Positions 26,927-41,281 of a DNA stretch of 64,000 nt are shown in pieces. The translations under genes were made by a program, and so were the position numbers. The DNA lies in assembly GCF_009914755.1 (NCBI RefSeq), contig NC_060933.1; one strand, written 5' to 3'. Position 1 is the stretch's first letter. Each line of letters starts with the position of its first letter. The notes under the pieces are model-generated. The model was not told the origin of the DNA and ran no database searches. It worked only from the letters and a program-made list of their open reading frames with translations. This DNA comes from the human T2T-CHM13v2.0 reference genome, Homo sapiens.

Positions 26927-27393
26927 AGAGGAAAATTCAGCTTTAAAAAATAAAGGAAATCCTGCAATGTGCAACAACATATATGAACATGGAGGACATT
27001 ATGCTAAGCGAAATAAGCCAGACGCAGAAAGAAAAATACTGCATGATTCCATTTATACGTAGAATTTTTAAAAATCTTACTCACAGAAACAGAGTAGAAG
27101 GTGGTTGGGGGTGGTTGGGGGAATGAGGAGATAATTGGTCAAAGGGTAAAAACTTTTGGTCATAAGATGAATAATCTCTGGAGATCATGGTACAGTGCTA
27201 TATAATGCATTGTGTACTTGAAATTTGCTAAGAGAGTAGATCTTCAGTATTCTCACCACATACACAAAAGAGGGTAACTCTGTGAGGTGATAGATATGTT
27301 AATTAGCTTGATTGTGGTAATAATTTCACAAAGTATATATATATTAAATAATCACATTATATCCCTTAAATATATACAAACTTTATTTGTCAA
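26195..27393 (+). mobile_element. 5'-truncated L1MA8/9-like LINE-1 with TSD; contains (AC)n at ~26889-26924
   Basis: L1 3' ORF2 and 3'UTR motifs; TSD AAAAATATTT(T/C)ATTT at 26180-26194 and 27394-27408. Confidence 0.85.
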
Positions 27394-28439
27394 AAAAATA
27401 TTTCATTTGAGTTTGCATAGTACTGTATATTAAGTAACCAGTGAAATGTAGAGTAATTTTAGAAATGGTTTAGAAAGTACTTTTCAGTTTTGGAGCCTTC
27501 TAGTAACAGTAGTAGGTTTTTTTCCCCCTTTTCCCACCAAAAGTCTCATAGTGCTGACTAAAAGGAGGCATAAGTTTTTGAGGGAAGACTAACTTAAGAA
27601 GTAACTCACTGAAGAAAACATTAAAAGGTAAACTGTGGCATATAAAATTTTAAGGTATTTGTTTGAGTGAACAGCAATTCATGAGTTGTACAGCTCCAGG
27701 CCAGAAGTAGTTTGGAGGTCCTGTTGAGAGAACGCACTCAAATTTCTACACGTTTGTAGACACTAAGCCAAAACCCAAATCAACTCTTTATCTGAAATAA
27801 AAGATTGTTGCTTAATTCATTTATTTTCAAAGGAAAAATAAAAATGAAAAATTAAATAAATTCTCATAATAATTTCATTTAGAAATAGTATTATTATTTT
27901 TCTTAACAAAGTACCCTTAAAAAAAAAACTCAAAAGACTTGCCAATACTAGCCAATCAAATCCTTCCTTCAATTTTAGAAAACAGGAATTGCATGTAAAC
28001 AAGTCTGGGCCAACTCTTACAACCTGCTTTCTATATCCTCCTCCTCTGTTCTCCATCTTTCCTAGTTCTTTCAGCCCCAGTGGTCAGGCTGAGCTGAGTA
28101 TGAGAAAGGGCCCTCAAGAGGCCCTGGAAGCATATTCCCTCAGCTCCTAAATGAAGTCTCCATAAGGTGACCCTAGGAGACTGTGCAGCATGACTGGCCG
28201 CTTGTTTTATCCCAGACTCTTTTCCAGGTAGAAACACTTACCTCTATGGAGATATTTGCTCTGAACAACATGTTTCTTTTCTTGCTGATTATTAGTATGG
28301 ACTTAAAAAAATAAGAGAAGGTAACACATTTTTAAAGGAGTACTACTTAACTTTTAAAACTTGATGTGATTTTCACATCCTGACTTAATTTTTTTTGGTT
28401 GCAATAATTAGAAGAATAATTGGAAGCCATACATATATC

Positions 28440-28676
28440 TTTTGATTGATGACCTGTTAAACATGTGCCTTCAAAAAAATAAAATGTTCAACAACTTTAG
28501 TGTTTCATTCCAGTTAAGTATATAGCCATTCCAAGACCCAGGTGGTAAATTCATGCCATACACTACTATTTAAATAATTACATAAAGTAATGCAAACATT
28601 TCTACTGTTTCCATATTTTGAAACGTTTCGTCACCTTTATTTACACCATTTAATTTTGGAAAGATTTCAAATTCCA
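28440..28676 (+). repeat. Copy B of the ~235-bp dispersed direct duplication
   Basis: TTTTGATTGATGACCTGTT...CCAAGACCCAGGTGGTAAATTCATGCCATA...GATTTCAAATTCCA shared with 25053-25286. Confidence 0.93.
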
Positions 28677-28891
28677 GGGGTATATGTTGACTTGTAGCTC
28701 CTCTGAAACTAGCAGAATATCATACCAGAAATTTACACAATGAATTGTTAAACAATTTAGTAGAATTGTTTCGCTTATTATATGGATTTGTGTATGCTCT
28801 AGTAAAATATGACCCTATAGACTTAAGCATATATTGCAACAACTCCAAATGATATAATTTTGTTATAACACAGGAGTTATTTTTCATCATT

Positions 28892-29459
<568 letters not shown>

Positions 29460-30224
29460 TACTAGCATTATAAAACAGGTTCTATGCAAAGGACATATAC
29501 TGTTGTTTCCATGCATTGTGTCAATGCAATCAAACAAAGGTTTTTTGCTTATAGAGAAGCACATTCAGTCTGTGGGATGGTATATTTGAGTGAATTTTTG
29601 CTATCTACTCTCTCTTGCATCTTGTTTTGAGTCATAAAGGAATTGTGTAGTATTTTATGCCACTTGAAAACTCGAAAGACTTCAACAGTTGTGTTATGTG
29701 CAAATCAGATAAGGCTCTAATAGGCTTTATCTTGCTTGTGTATAGTACCTGTTTGCAAACTAAAGGCACATTTTCACTCCATGCCAGTAGGAATCCTCTG
29801 AGGCATTATTTTTTGGGCCCCTCCCACTTTATGTACTGAAAGCAGAATGGATGAAATGCCTTGACACATAACTTACTTATCTTTTCTTACTCAACATTCT
29901 AATGTGTTCTCACTGGTAAAGGAATGCAGATTTTTTGAAGGATCTGGAGAAGCCAGACTCTGCTGGTATTCAGACAATTACTCTAGATAGAGAGAGGAAG
30001 TCCTCTTGTTGTGAGTCCAGTGGCTTGGTGGTTCGTATCCTGGATTCCTGGTAGTCCATAGGAGCAACAGGGACTAGAAATGGCTTTGTTTCAAAGTTCT
30101 CTGCTTATTCTAGAGAGGAAATAAAAATATCACTTAATAGTATTTAGAGACCAGTGTGAACTAAGATACTGGCTTTAAACCAAAATGGCCAGCTCTGTTG
30201 ATCATATAGATTTGAATGTGGCTA

Positions 30225-30505
30225 ACATCATTCAGTGACGTACTGAGCACCTACCAAATGTAGGGCATTGCGCTGTAGTCTGGGACACAAAGGTAACTCA
30301 AACTTTTTTTTTTTTGAGGGGAAAGAGAGAATGTGAAATTTAATATGAAAGTTGAGACTGATATGAAATGAAAGACATGGTTGCCATAGGAGAGGCATAG
30401 ATAAAAGTACCATTGCTTGCCCTTTAGAGACGAATGAAATTTGTTCTTGCTGGGTGATTAGGAGAGGCTTCATAGAGGAGGTAGCATTTGAGTGGACCTT
30501 GAAGT
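30225..30505 (-). mobile_element. L2 3' fragment
   Basis: CATTCAGTGACGTACTGAGCACCTAC...GGGACACAAAG...GGAGAGGCTTCATAGAGGAGGTAGCATTTGAG. Confidence 0.65.
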
Positions 30506-32261
30506 TTATGTGGCTACAAATTCCTTTTCCTATAAAATGTTATTGTCAGGAAATACAAATAGGAAATATCTGGAGTTTGAGTCTCATCCACTAGGTAGCT
30601 CTGCAGCAGTGAAGTCTATAGGATGACTTTTAATCTGCAAAATGGGGATTGACCTGGAGGATTGGTAAGGTTTTTTTTTTTTGCAGCTACTGAAACTCTG
30701 TGATACTGCAAATAAACTATGGTCTTAGGAGAATTTCATGGCACTCTTATTATTTATTCCTTCACAATGTACAAAATAAATTCATTGCTTTAGTTGAAAA
30801 TCAGAAGGCACCTGGGAATCAATTTGTCCTTAAAACAAAATGGCTATTTATTAAATATGTGCAATTCTTTGTTTATTAATTATACCTCAATAAACCTGTT
30901 TTAAAAACTAAAATGGTAACAATATTTTTTTCAGAGTGATATAGTTTAACATACTTCAATGAATTTTGTTATAGAATAGAGATTATAGGGATTATTGAAG
31001 TAGATGATAACCCTGGCTGAAGCATGCAAATTCCCAAACCAATTTGCTGTATTATATCAGAATCAGAGTGGAATCATGGTGATAAAAGGACTGGCTCTTA
31101 ATAAAGGCATAAAATATTTTCTCTCTTTCTCTCTTTGCCAATTTGCTTTTCTTCAGGTATATTGAAAATTGTTCATATTATATTTAAGTAAACCACAAAC
31201 AAGTACATCAAATTCTTATAATTCTAGCTAAATGTGTTTTTAGCACCTCTGTCCAAATTAATATAAAGAAACCAATTATGGATGTACTTTGCTGAAATTC
31301 ATAAATAAAACTAACAGTTTGATGTGAAAAGAGGAAAGATAAGGCAGTCAAAAATGTGTGGATGTGTGGATGTATTTACTCTGAGTCAGTAGCTTAAATG
31401 CACTTTCTGAGGAGCTGTTTGTTTCAAGATAATGGATTGAGCAGTTTTTCTTTGGTAGTGAACAACTAGCTCTCAACCCTGCAAGCTATTTATTTCTGTA
31501 GCTTTTCTTTTTGCACTAACACTACTCTTTAAGACAATTTTTATATTGAACCCCAAAAGGTCAGAATTAGGATGTGTCTTTGGTCCATTGTCAGATCTGA
31601 TCAAAGCAGTTGGATCTTTGTAGGTCGATTATGGAACAGACACACGGGAGGTGCTGGTTATCACTTTGTTTAGTCTGCAAAAAGTGTAAATCAGAAAGAG
31701 ATAATTGAGATAGAAAGTGCCTTTATTAAGCCCCAAATATCTTTTGAAGGGGTTAAATAGGCACTTCAAATATAATCCACATTATTAATGAAATTGAAAG
31801 GCTCACTAACTAAAATGAAGAACCATACCAATATTTTATAATCTTAATGTAATCAAGTGGAATAAGTATGTATGGAACTCCTGTTCTTTATTTAACCCTG
31901 TGCTTAATAGGTGACTGGGTGAGATGACAGAGAATGAACGAGCATGCAGGGAGGATGAATTAAAAAGAAAGAACCTCAGTGTTACCATTCCTAATTACAA
32001 GGAGAACAAAACAAGCACTAATACGGGAATCACTGAGTACCAGCATGTATGCTGGGAGCCTATGGGACGCATGAGGATGGGAAAGGGCCTGAATAGATCA
32101 CTAACCTTGTTTTGGACCTTTCCCCAATCCCCCATCTTTTTCTTACTAACAAGAGGCATTTGGCTTTTAAAAGGAAATAATCTTTATTAGTGTTTTATCC
32201 ACTGCGTTTCAATATGAAATTTTAAAATGTTTTATTTCCCCAACTTGAAAAATGTGAATCA

Positions 32262-34581
32262 GATATAGGATCATGTCTTCTGCAAACAAAGATAATTTGA
32301 CTTTCTCTCTTTCTATTTGAATAGCCTTTATTTCTTTCTCTTGCCTGATTGCCTTAGCCAGAACTTCCAATACTATGTTAAATAGGCATGGTGAGAGAGG
32401 GCAGCCTTGACTTGTGCCAGTTGTCAAGGGGAATGCTTCCAGCTTCTGCCAATTCGGTATGATATTGGCTGTGGGTTTGTTACATATGGCTCTTATTATT
32501 TTGAGGTGTGTTCCTTCAATACCTAGTTTATTGTGAGTTTTTAACATGCAGGGATGTTGAATTTTATTGAAGGCCTTTTCTGCATCTATTGAGATAATCA
32601 TGTGTTTTTGTTCTTTAGTTGTTTAGTTTATGTGATGAATCACGTTTATTGATTTGGTTATGTTGAAGCAACCTGGCATCCTGGGGATGAAGCCAACTTA
32701 ATCTCAGACCAAACCTTCTTAAGCAACTTCAGCAAAGTCTCAGAGTACAAAATCGGTGTGCAAAAATCACCAACAACAGGCAAGCCGAAAGTCAAATCAT
32801 GAATGAATTTCCATTCACAGTTGCTGCAAAAAACAAACAAACAAAACCTAGGAATACAGCTAACAAGGGAAGGGAAGGACCTCTTCAAGGAAAACTACAA
32901 ACCACTGCCCAAAGAAATCAGAAAGGACACAAACAAATGGAAAAATATTCCATGCTCAAAGATAAGAAGAATCAATATTGTGAAAATGGCCTTACTGTCC
33001 CAAATAATTTATAGATTCAATGCTATTACCATTAAACTACCATTGACATTCTTCACAGAATTAGAAAAAACTATTTTAAAATTAATATGGAACCAAGAAA
33101 GAACCTGAATAGCCAAGACAATCCTAAGCAAAAAGAACAAAGCTTGAGGCATCATGCTGTCTGACTTCAAACTATATTACAAGGCTACAGTAATCAAAAC
33201 AGCACGGTACTTGTATAAGCACAGATACATAGACTAATGGAACAGAATAGATAATCCAGAAATAAGACCACACACCTGCAACATCTGACCTTTGACAAAC
33301 CTGACAAAAACAAGCAATGGGGAAAAATTCCCTATTTAGTAAATGGTGCTGGAAGAACTGGCTAGCCATATGCAAAATATTGAAACTGGACCCCTTCTTT
33401 ACACCTTATACAAAAATTAACTCAAGATGGATTAAAGACTTAAATGTAAAACCCAAAACTATAAAAACCTTAGAAGAAAATCTAGGTAGTACCACTCAGG
33501 ACGTAGGCATGGGTACAGATTTCATGATGAAGATGCCAAAAGCAATTGGAACTGAAGCAAAAATTGACAAATGGTATCTAATTAAACTGAAGAGCTTCTG
33601 CACACCAAAAGAAGCTATCATCAGATTGAGCAGACAACCTACAGAATGAGAGAAAATTTTTGCAATTCATCTGACAAAGGTCTAATATCCAGAGTCTACA
33701 AGCAACTTAAACCAATTTACGAGAAAAAACAAACAGCCCCATCAAAAAGTGGGCAAAGAACATGAACAAACACTTCTCAAAAGGAGACATACATGTGGCC
33801 AACAAACATATGAAAAAAATCTCAACATCACTGATGATTAGAGAAATGCAAACTAAAACCACAATGAGATGCCATCTTGTGCCAGTTAGAAAGGCTATTA
33901 TTAAAAAGTCGAAAAACACAGATGCTGGTGAGGTCGTGGAGAAAAAGGAACACTTTTACACTGTTGGTAGGAGTGTAAGTTCAACCACTGTGGAAGACAG
34001 CATGGCGATTCCTCAAAGACCTAGAGGCAGAAATACCATTTGACCCAGCAATCCCATTACTGGGTATATACCAAAGATGTATAAATAAATCATTGTTATA
34101 ATGATACATGCACACGTATGTTCGTTGTAGCACTGTTCACAATAGTGAAGACATGAAATCAACCCAAATGCCCTTCAATGATAGATTGGATAAAGAAAAT
34201 GTGGTACATACACACCATGGAATACTGTGCAGTCGTAAAACAGAACGAGGTCGTGTTCTTTGTGGGAACATGGATGGAGCTGGAAGCCATTATCCTTAAC
34301 AAACTAACATAGGAACAGAAAACCAAATACTGCATGTTCTTACTTATAAGTGGGAACTGAATGATGAGAACACATTTACACATGAAGAAGAACAACACAT
34401 ACTGGGGCTTGTTGGGGGCGAGTTGTGGGGGAAGAGCATCAGGAAGGATAGCTAATGGATGCTGGGCTTAATACCTAGGTGATGGGATGATCTGTGCAGC
34501 AAACCACCATGGCACACGTTTACCTGTGTAACAAACCTACACATCCTGAACATGTAACCCTAAACTTAAAAGATAAAAAAA
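32262..34581 (+). mobile_element. L1PA11-like LINE-1 with 5' inversion (32262-32703 minus, 32702-34581 plus)
   Basis: Minus ORF 32209..32601 is RT-domain sequence; plus ORFs 32803..34043 continue ORF2; TSD GAAAAAT(G/A)TGA(A/G)TCA at 32247-32261 and 34582-34596. Confidence 0.9.
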
Positions 34582-34596
34582 GAAAAATATGAGTCA

Positions 34597-35123
34597 TTTT
34601 TGCCATTCCTCCCTTCTTATACAGCTAAATGGCTTCCCATCACCCTTAAAATGAACTTCAAACTTCTCATTTTGGCCTTGGGCTCTTCATGATCTGGGCC
34701 CTGCTGCTCTCCAACTCCATCACCTTAACATTCTCCATCTCATTCACTGAACTATAGTGACACTGACCTTTTTCCTGTAACTTGAACACAGTGCACATAG
34801 GCCCATTTTAGAAGCTTTGTGCTTGGTGGTCCCTTTACTTGGTATCCCTTTCTCTCGAATTTCCACAAGGCTCACTCCTTCACTTCATTTATGTCTTTGC
34901 ATAAATATCACCTCATTGAAGCCTTCTCTCATTCCTTACTAAAATAACCTCCCTTCTCCCTGCATATTTTATAGCCCTGACATAATATGTTTGGCTGTTA
35001 TCTATTTCTCACCAAAATGTAAGATCCAACAGGGCAGGGCTTTATATACTTTACCACAGTATCTTCAGCACCTAGAACATAATGGGTGCTCAATAATATT
35101 TGTTGAATATGTTAATGAATGAA
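34597..35123 (+). mobile_element. L2a 3' region
   Basis: AATGGCTTCCCATCAC...CATGATCTGGGCCCTGC...AATGTAAGATCC...GGGTGCTCAATAATATTTGTTGAAT...AATGAATGAA. Confidence 0.8.
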
Positions 35124-35149
35124 CCAGGATTTTCTCCCTTGTGGCCTTT

Positions 35150-35360
35150 TTGAGAGGCAGAACTGCATGCAAATTAAGGAAAAAAGTAGGAGGTTTGAAA
35201 TCAAATGGACCTCTTATTTCCAGCCATGTCACTTTTTAGCAATGTGCCTGTAAGAAAGTTATTTATGAACTCTGAGCCTTGGGACCTTTATATCTAAAAT
35301 ATTGCTAAATAATTCCTGTTTTTCAAGGACTGTGTAAAAAGTAAGAGATTATGTATGCCA
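35150..35360 (+). mobile_element. MIR SINE fragment
   Basis: TTTGAAATCAAA...AAGTTATTTATGAACTCTGAGCCTT...TATCTAAAAT. Confidence 0.55.
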
Positions 35361-38004
35361 TCACAGAAAACAGACTATGTTCCTATTTGCATATGCTTTA
35401 TTTAGTAGAGTCAGAGAATGGCTGCCTTTTGAGTGAGGAGCCTAACCATTCTGCACAGGTGTATCTGTTACTTGCTAAGTGTTAGAGAAAGTCAAAGTAA
35501 CTGTGATCTCCAAGGAGTGTACTCTTAGATATCAAAAATTCATAAGAACATTTCCACTTATCGAGGCCAGATGTCATGATTTTGACACTTGAGCAGAGGT
35601 GGACTGCCTGAATTGTAGCTGACACCATTGCAATAGAATCCAAATATTCACCTATATACTCACACCACCATACTCTGTCCTATCTATATGTCAATAGACT
35701 CCAAAGTCTCCAAAGCAGCTCTAATAATCTTCATTGTAAAACTCCTAATGATGTCAAGAGAGAGAAGGTGCTGAAGAAATGATAACCATAATAATATATT
35801 TTTGTGTGTGATGGAGAACTAAAGTAATGAAGTTAAGCTTCTTCTTGTTTTCCTATGGCCCACAATTCTGCTTTAGTCACTAACCAAGCAACTTCCAGTT
35901 TATCAGACCTTGTTTTGCAACACATTAATAAAGCCAGTGGCAATTCCGTAATTTACCAATATGACAAGCATTTTGCAGGCTGCTTAAATTTCTAAGTCCC
36001 TAAAGTAAGGCAATTTATTAGTATTGGTGTTATTATCACTGATCTAGTAGTATCTTCTGAGAAACTCATTCCTCTGACTTTTTCTAAGATTATTGTTGCC
36101 TTTTATGGTTTTCATGTCCATATGCAATGGTTTTCACTAGGAACTTTTCTCATTCTCTGATTATTTTGATGACCTCTTTTCCATATTTTTGTAGGAAACC
36201 ATGTTGGTTTTTTTCTATGTAATTGTCCCTTTGCTCTTTCTTTACAGTAATCTTTAGCATAATAAGGGCAATAATCACCATCAATCTAGAAGCTGCATTT
36301 GCCCTTAGAATTAGCCTTGATTCAGTTCTACTTGGAAGTAACATATTTGAAAAAGTATTGGTCTTATTTTTGGCACATTTAAGTTGTATATGCCATGGTT
36401 GAGTGGAAGCCAGAAAAAAGTTTAGAGTCTAAACAAGATACAAAGAAAACATCATTTAAAAAAAGTCTGCTGCAAAAGTGTTCTGCAACTCTGCTGAATA
36501 TGGTTTCCCATGAGACTCCTTCTCATACCTGAAAAGCTATTATATTTACATCCTTCAAAGATGGTGCCAGTAAAAACTTTGAGTGATGGGATAAGTCAAG
36601 TCCAGGGCCATTTCAAATGCCAAAAAAGGAAAATGAACTTAGATTCTCTTTTTCTTGTATAAAATAACACCAACAAAACAGCTGAACTACATGCAGCATC
36701 ACATCAAGTCAGTTTACAATTTTGCCTTCAGTTGTGCTTGACTAAGGAGGTTGCATATTTGCAACAAAATTTTTTCTCTTCTACTGACCTGATACATTTG
36801 CTATCCTTATCAATGTCACCATTATCACTAAAAAGCCCTTCAGTATCTGTGTATACACTGCATTCAGTATCTAGTTACACATTGTTTTTACCATAGCCTG
36901 TAATAGTCATATACAATTTTAACTGAACAGTGGTGGCCCAGACCAGTCTATAAAGGAATAAAATTCTTGTATATGTACACAAACCCTAATACATGTAGGA
37001 CCGAATATGGGCTATCCAGAAAACTTCTTATAAATAACGAAGGGAGAGGAACTTGGTTCACTAAAATCCTAGTTTTTATATAAAAGAAAGGTCATTTTTT
37101 TCTGTCAGATAATTTTCCGGGCAGTGCAAGATGAAAGCCTTCCCCATCTTAGTAGTTAAAATGGAAATGGAATATAATGTCTCTGAGTCCCATTCCTTCT
37201 ATACATATATCCAGCATGTATAGATCTCATTCAGAATTAGAATTTATGAGTTAGATGAGCTAATCCTATGTGGGCAGGATTTGGGATATCACTGTCTTGG
37301 TATTTTGCTTGTCAAGTCCTTTACTGATGCTAACAGGTCCTTTTAGTCAGGCTGCTGAGAGATACATAGCACATTATCATTTTACATGTATAAGTTAATC
37401 GAGTATACCAGAAGTTGTTTTCCTTTTTTTCAAAGTCATCTATTGTGTGGATAATAGATGATTTGCTATAATTTCTAAGCTTAATTTTTTCCCATTAAAA
37501 AAATCTAAGTCTTCTTCCAAATTATATATGTTTTTAGCATCAAAAGATGTTTTGATGGAAGTGTGGAAGTTATATGGCATGCTTTGATAGAATAGAGATT
37601 CATTATTTTGTTACAAATGTTTATTGAACAACTACAGAATGAATGAAGTTCCCAAGAAAATATCATTTGAAGTTCTTTTATTTGAAATATTTATTTACAT
37701 AAACAAAAATCTGTAGCTCAGAGTCAATGCAGAGTAATACTTATTAATGATTGTGAGATCTTTGAAAATCCTGGTGTCATAGCAAAATTCAAAAGGGGTT
37801 TGCTTTGTATCTTTTTCAGTTAATAAAGGAGAGAACATGGATCAATAAAAGAGAGAATATGGATTCAATTGTTGTTATATGAATGTTGTAATAAGTTAGC
37901 TGTGCACTTTATGAAACTTGGAAAGCCTGGATTAAGTCTACTGATTTCACTGAGAAACAAATAAACAAACATCAACCAGTCCAAATCAAACCAGGAAACT
38001 TGGA

Positions 38005-38275
38005 ACACATTGAGTGAACATGGGCTTTGGAATTGGACAGGCATGGATTTGAATCCCAATTCTGCTCTTTATTAACTGGGTGACACTGGACAAGGTACTT
38101 AGCATCACTGAACCACAGTTTCTTAGTCTATAAAGATAATATGAGTCTTACAGCATTATTGGAAGGCAGCTATAATCCTGGTGTAACACCAATACACCTA
38201 CAGGATTATTGTCAGAATTAGAAAAAATACGCAAAGCTTATAACATGGTGTCTGGCCTGCAGTAGCTGTTGTTAT
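38005..38275 (+). mobile_element. MIR SINE
   Basis: CATGGGCTTTGGAATTGGACAGGCATGGATTTGAATCCC...GGACAAGGTACTTAGC...CAGTTTCTTAGTCTATAAA. Confidence 0.8.
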
Positions 38276-38827
38276 AACCAGGGTCCAGGCAAACCCTGGA
38301 ACATGGGAACTACAGAGGAAGCTGGAAAACCTTTGAGCAAAGATTTGGTAAGAGCATAGGCTTTATTTATTTCCATACATTCTAACTTATTTGGCAATTC
38401 CTGATTGTAGAGTGTGGGGTTCACCTCCTTTGGGGCTTACATGGGTTTGCCTTTGAGTGGAGAATTGAGCTGAGTGCATATACCCCTCAGATTACATTGA
38501 CTCTTTTGAGGCAACAGGCTGCAGAGGGTCTCAGAATAGCTGGTGTTGCTATCACAGTCAGTGAGCAAATATAGACTAGTATCTGATAATCTCTCATGTT
38601 GAGTGTGATGAGCAAAATGCTAGGTCGTTTTATTCAAGTATCTGCATAAGAAGTTATGTGCAGAAGACTGGTTGGTCTAGTCCATGCCTTTGCCCGCTAA
38701 ATCAGTATCATTTAAACAAAATTTTAATGTTTTATTCTCTTCTTGTTTATTTGTTTCTAAAATAAATATAGACATGTCTATAAATTTGTATATCTTCCCT
38801 TTTAAATATTAGAATGCTATATATTTG

Positions 38828-40177
38828 CTTTTTTACCCTTTTATTTTGAAATAATTATAGATTCACAGAAAAGTACAAAAATAGCACAGGGAGGTCCCTG
38901 TGTACGCTTTATCCAGCTTTCCCCATTGTTATATCTTACATCAGTTTAGGAAAATGTCAAAACCAGAAAATTGGCATTAGTACAATGGGTAAATACAGTT
39001 TTGTGACATTTTTTCATGTGTATATTTGTATAGACACTACCACAATCAAGATACAGAAAGGTACCAACAAAATTCTCTCTCAAGTAACCAGTTTATGGAC
39101 ATATCACCCCCTGTCCTGCCATCATCCCTAACTCATAGCAGCCACTAAATAGTTTCCATTTCTATAAGTTTGTCATTTCAATAATGTAATATAAATGCAG
39201 TCATACAGAATGTGACTTTTTGAGTTGGCTTTTTCACTCAGTGTAATGCTCTTGAGATCCATCCAAGTTTTTGCATATATCAATAGTTTATTCCTTTATT
39301 TGTCAATATTGATTAATAGTTTATTGGTGACTTGTTTTCGTGGTATGGATGTATCACAGTTTGTTTAGCCATTCATTCACTGAAGGATATTTTGTTGTTT
39401 CTGGATTTCGGCTATTACATATAAAGTTGCATTGAACATTTTTATGCAAGTTTCTGTTTGGGCACAAGCTTTCATTTTTCTAGGATAAGTACTGAGGAAG
39501 TGATTGCCTAGCTATATGTAAGTTACATTTAATTTTTAAAAAACTGTCAAACTGTTTCCAGAATGACTGCCATTTTTTTCATTCTCACTATGAATCTTTA
39601 AGAGATCCAGTTTCTCTGCTTCCTCGCCAGCACTTGGTGTTATCCCACTTTTTTTCTGTTAGCCATTCTGATAGGTGTAGTGATATCTTACTATGGTTTT
39701 AAGTTTGCATTTCCCTAGTGCTTAGTGATTTTTGAAAATATCTTTATGTGCCTGTTTGCTATTTGTATATTCTCTTTTGATAAAATTTGCGATTTGTATA
39801 TTCTCTTTCGTAAAATGTATCTTAGTGCCTTTTGCTCATTTTCTAATTGAATTGTCTTTTTACTGTTGAGTTTTGAGAGTTGTTTATATATTCTAGAAAC
39901 TATCCGATGTGTGGTTTGCAAATATTTTTTCTCTGTCATTTACTCTTTGTGACAGAATTTTTTTTCATGGCAATAATTTTTAATGAATAGTTTCTGATGA
40001 AGTTCAGTTTATTGTTTTTTTCTTTCATTGATCACACTTTTGATTTTGTGTCTAAGAACTCTTTACCAAGCTCGAGATCCCAAAGATTTTTTCATATATT
40101 TTCTTCTAAAAGTTTCATAGCTTTATGTTTTATATTTAAATCTATGATCAATTTTGAGTTAGTTTTGGTATAAGGAG
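38828..40177 (-). mobile_element. L1MC/L1MD-type 3' region
   Basis: TTTATTTTGAAATAATTATAGATTCACAG 3'UTR antisense; minus ORF 39715..39939 is degenerate ORF2. Confidence 0.8.
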
Positions 40178-40187
40178 TGTTTCAGGC

Positions 40188-40803
40188 TGCAGTAATCAGA
40201 ATTCTAAGATGACCCCTTTGTCCTTTCCCATGTTGTACATCTGCTATAAAATTAGTCTTCTCCCCTCGATGGTGGGTGATACCAGTAAATGTAATGGATA
40301 CCACTCCTGTGATTAGGTTACTCATCAAAAGAGATTGTCCTGGATGGGCCTGACCTAATCAGGTGACTCCTTTCAAGAAGCCAAGGTGTCTGAGAGATGT
40401 TCTTCTGATGGACTGGAGGAAAGCAAACAGCCATGTTGAAAGAGGGCGGTGGGGGCATTTGGCAAGGAGCTGAGTATGCCCTTTAGGGGCAGAGAGTGAT
40501 CCTGGGTGACAGCCAGCAAGAAAATGGGGACTTCTTTTTCACAATGGCAAGTAAGTGAATTCTGCCAACTTGAATGAGCTTGCAAGAGGACTCTGCTTCT
40601 CAGGTGAGATCACAGCTCCAGATGATACCTTGATTTCAGCCTGCTGAGACCCCGAGCAGAGGACCCCACTAACCTATGCTGGACTCCTGGCCCATGGAAA
40701 TTAAGAGATAATAAATTTGTGTTGTTCTAAGCCTTTAAGTTTCTGGTAATTTGTTATGCAGCATGCAATACAGATTTCAATACCCTAGAGTGAGGTGCTG
40801 CTT
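40188..40803 (+). mobile_element. MLT1 (E/F-like) MaLR LTR plus the first bases of the internal sequence
   Basis: CAGAATTCTAAGATGACCCC...GGGCCTGACCTAATCAGGTG...AATAAATTTGTGTTGTTCTAAGCC...TAATTTGTTATGCAGCA, followed by GATTTCAATACC...GGTGCTGCT. Confidence 0.8.
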
Positions 40804-41281
40804 TTATGCTTCTTTGTAGATGTAGATTTTGATTATTGGAGCTTACATCTGGGTGTGAGGGAAAGAAGTAGGACATACATGCTGTGAGACACAGTGAATA
40901 GATAGACTGTCTTCTGGGTTTGGAAGCTTCCTTAGGCTCTGCTCTGCTTTCCTGATTCTAGGGTCCTTACTCATGGTTTTTGTTTCTGGGGACAAACCCA
41001 GCTGCTGCCACCCTGCACAGCCCTAAGTACGGAAAGAGTCAACTAGCTCAGTTGCTTCCAGTGTACATCTACAGTTAGTCACCTGATGCCACAGGGGAGT
41101 AGTCTCCAAACTTTTTCATAGCACACTCTTATTTTTAAGTCAGCTTCCCTAACATATATACATTCATTCCTTAATAACTTATATATGTGTTGTTATTAAA
41201 TATGCTCCATAACATAGAAAAAGAAAATTTTAAAGGTATGATTTTTAAAGGTTTTAAGAGAAAGATTAAAAAGTAATTATA

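Noticed and set aside
31371-31500. AP-1 (TGAGTCA at 31382), forkhead-like and MEF2-like motifs
   Set aside because: Short AT-rich motifs at about the chance frequency, with no other support.
36150-36344. Minus-strand peptide containing NQHGF, reminiscent of CR1/L3-type RT
   Set aside because: A single short motif that I could not extend; a Dfam/HMM search would be needed.
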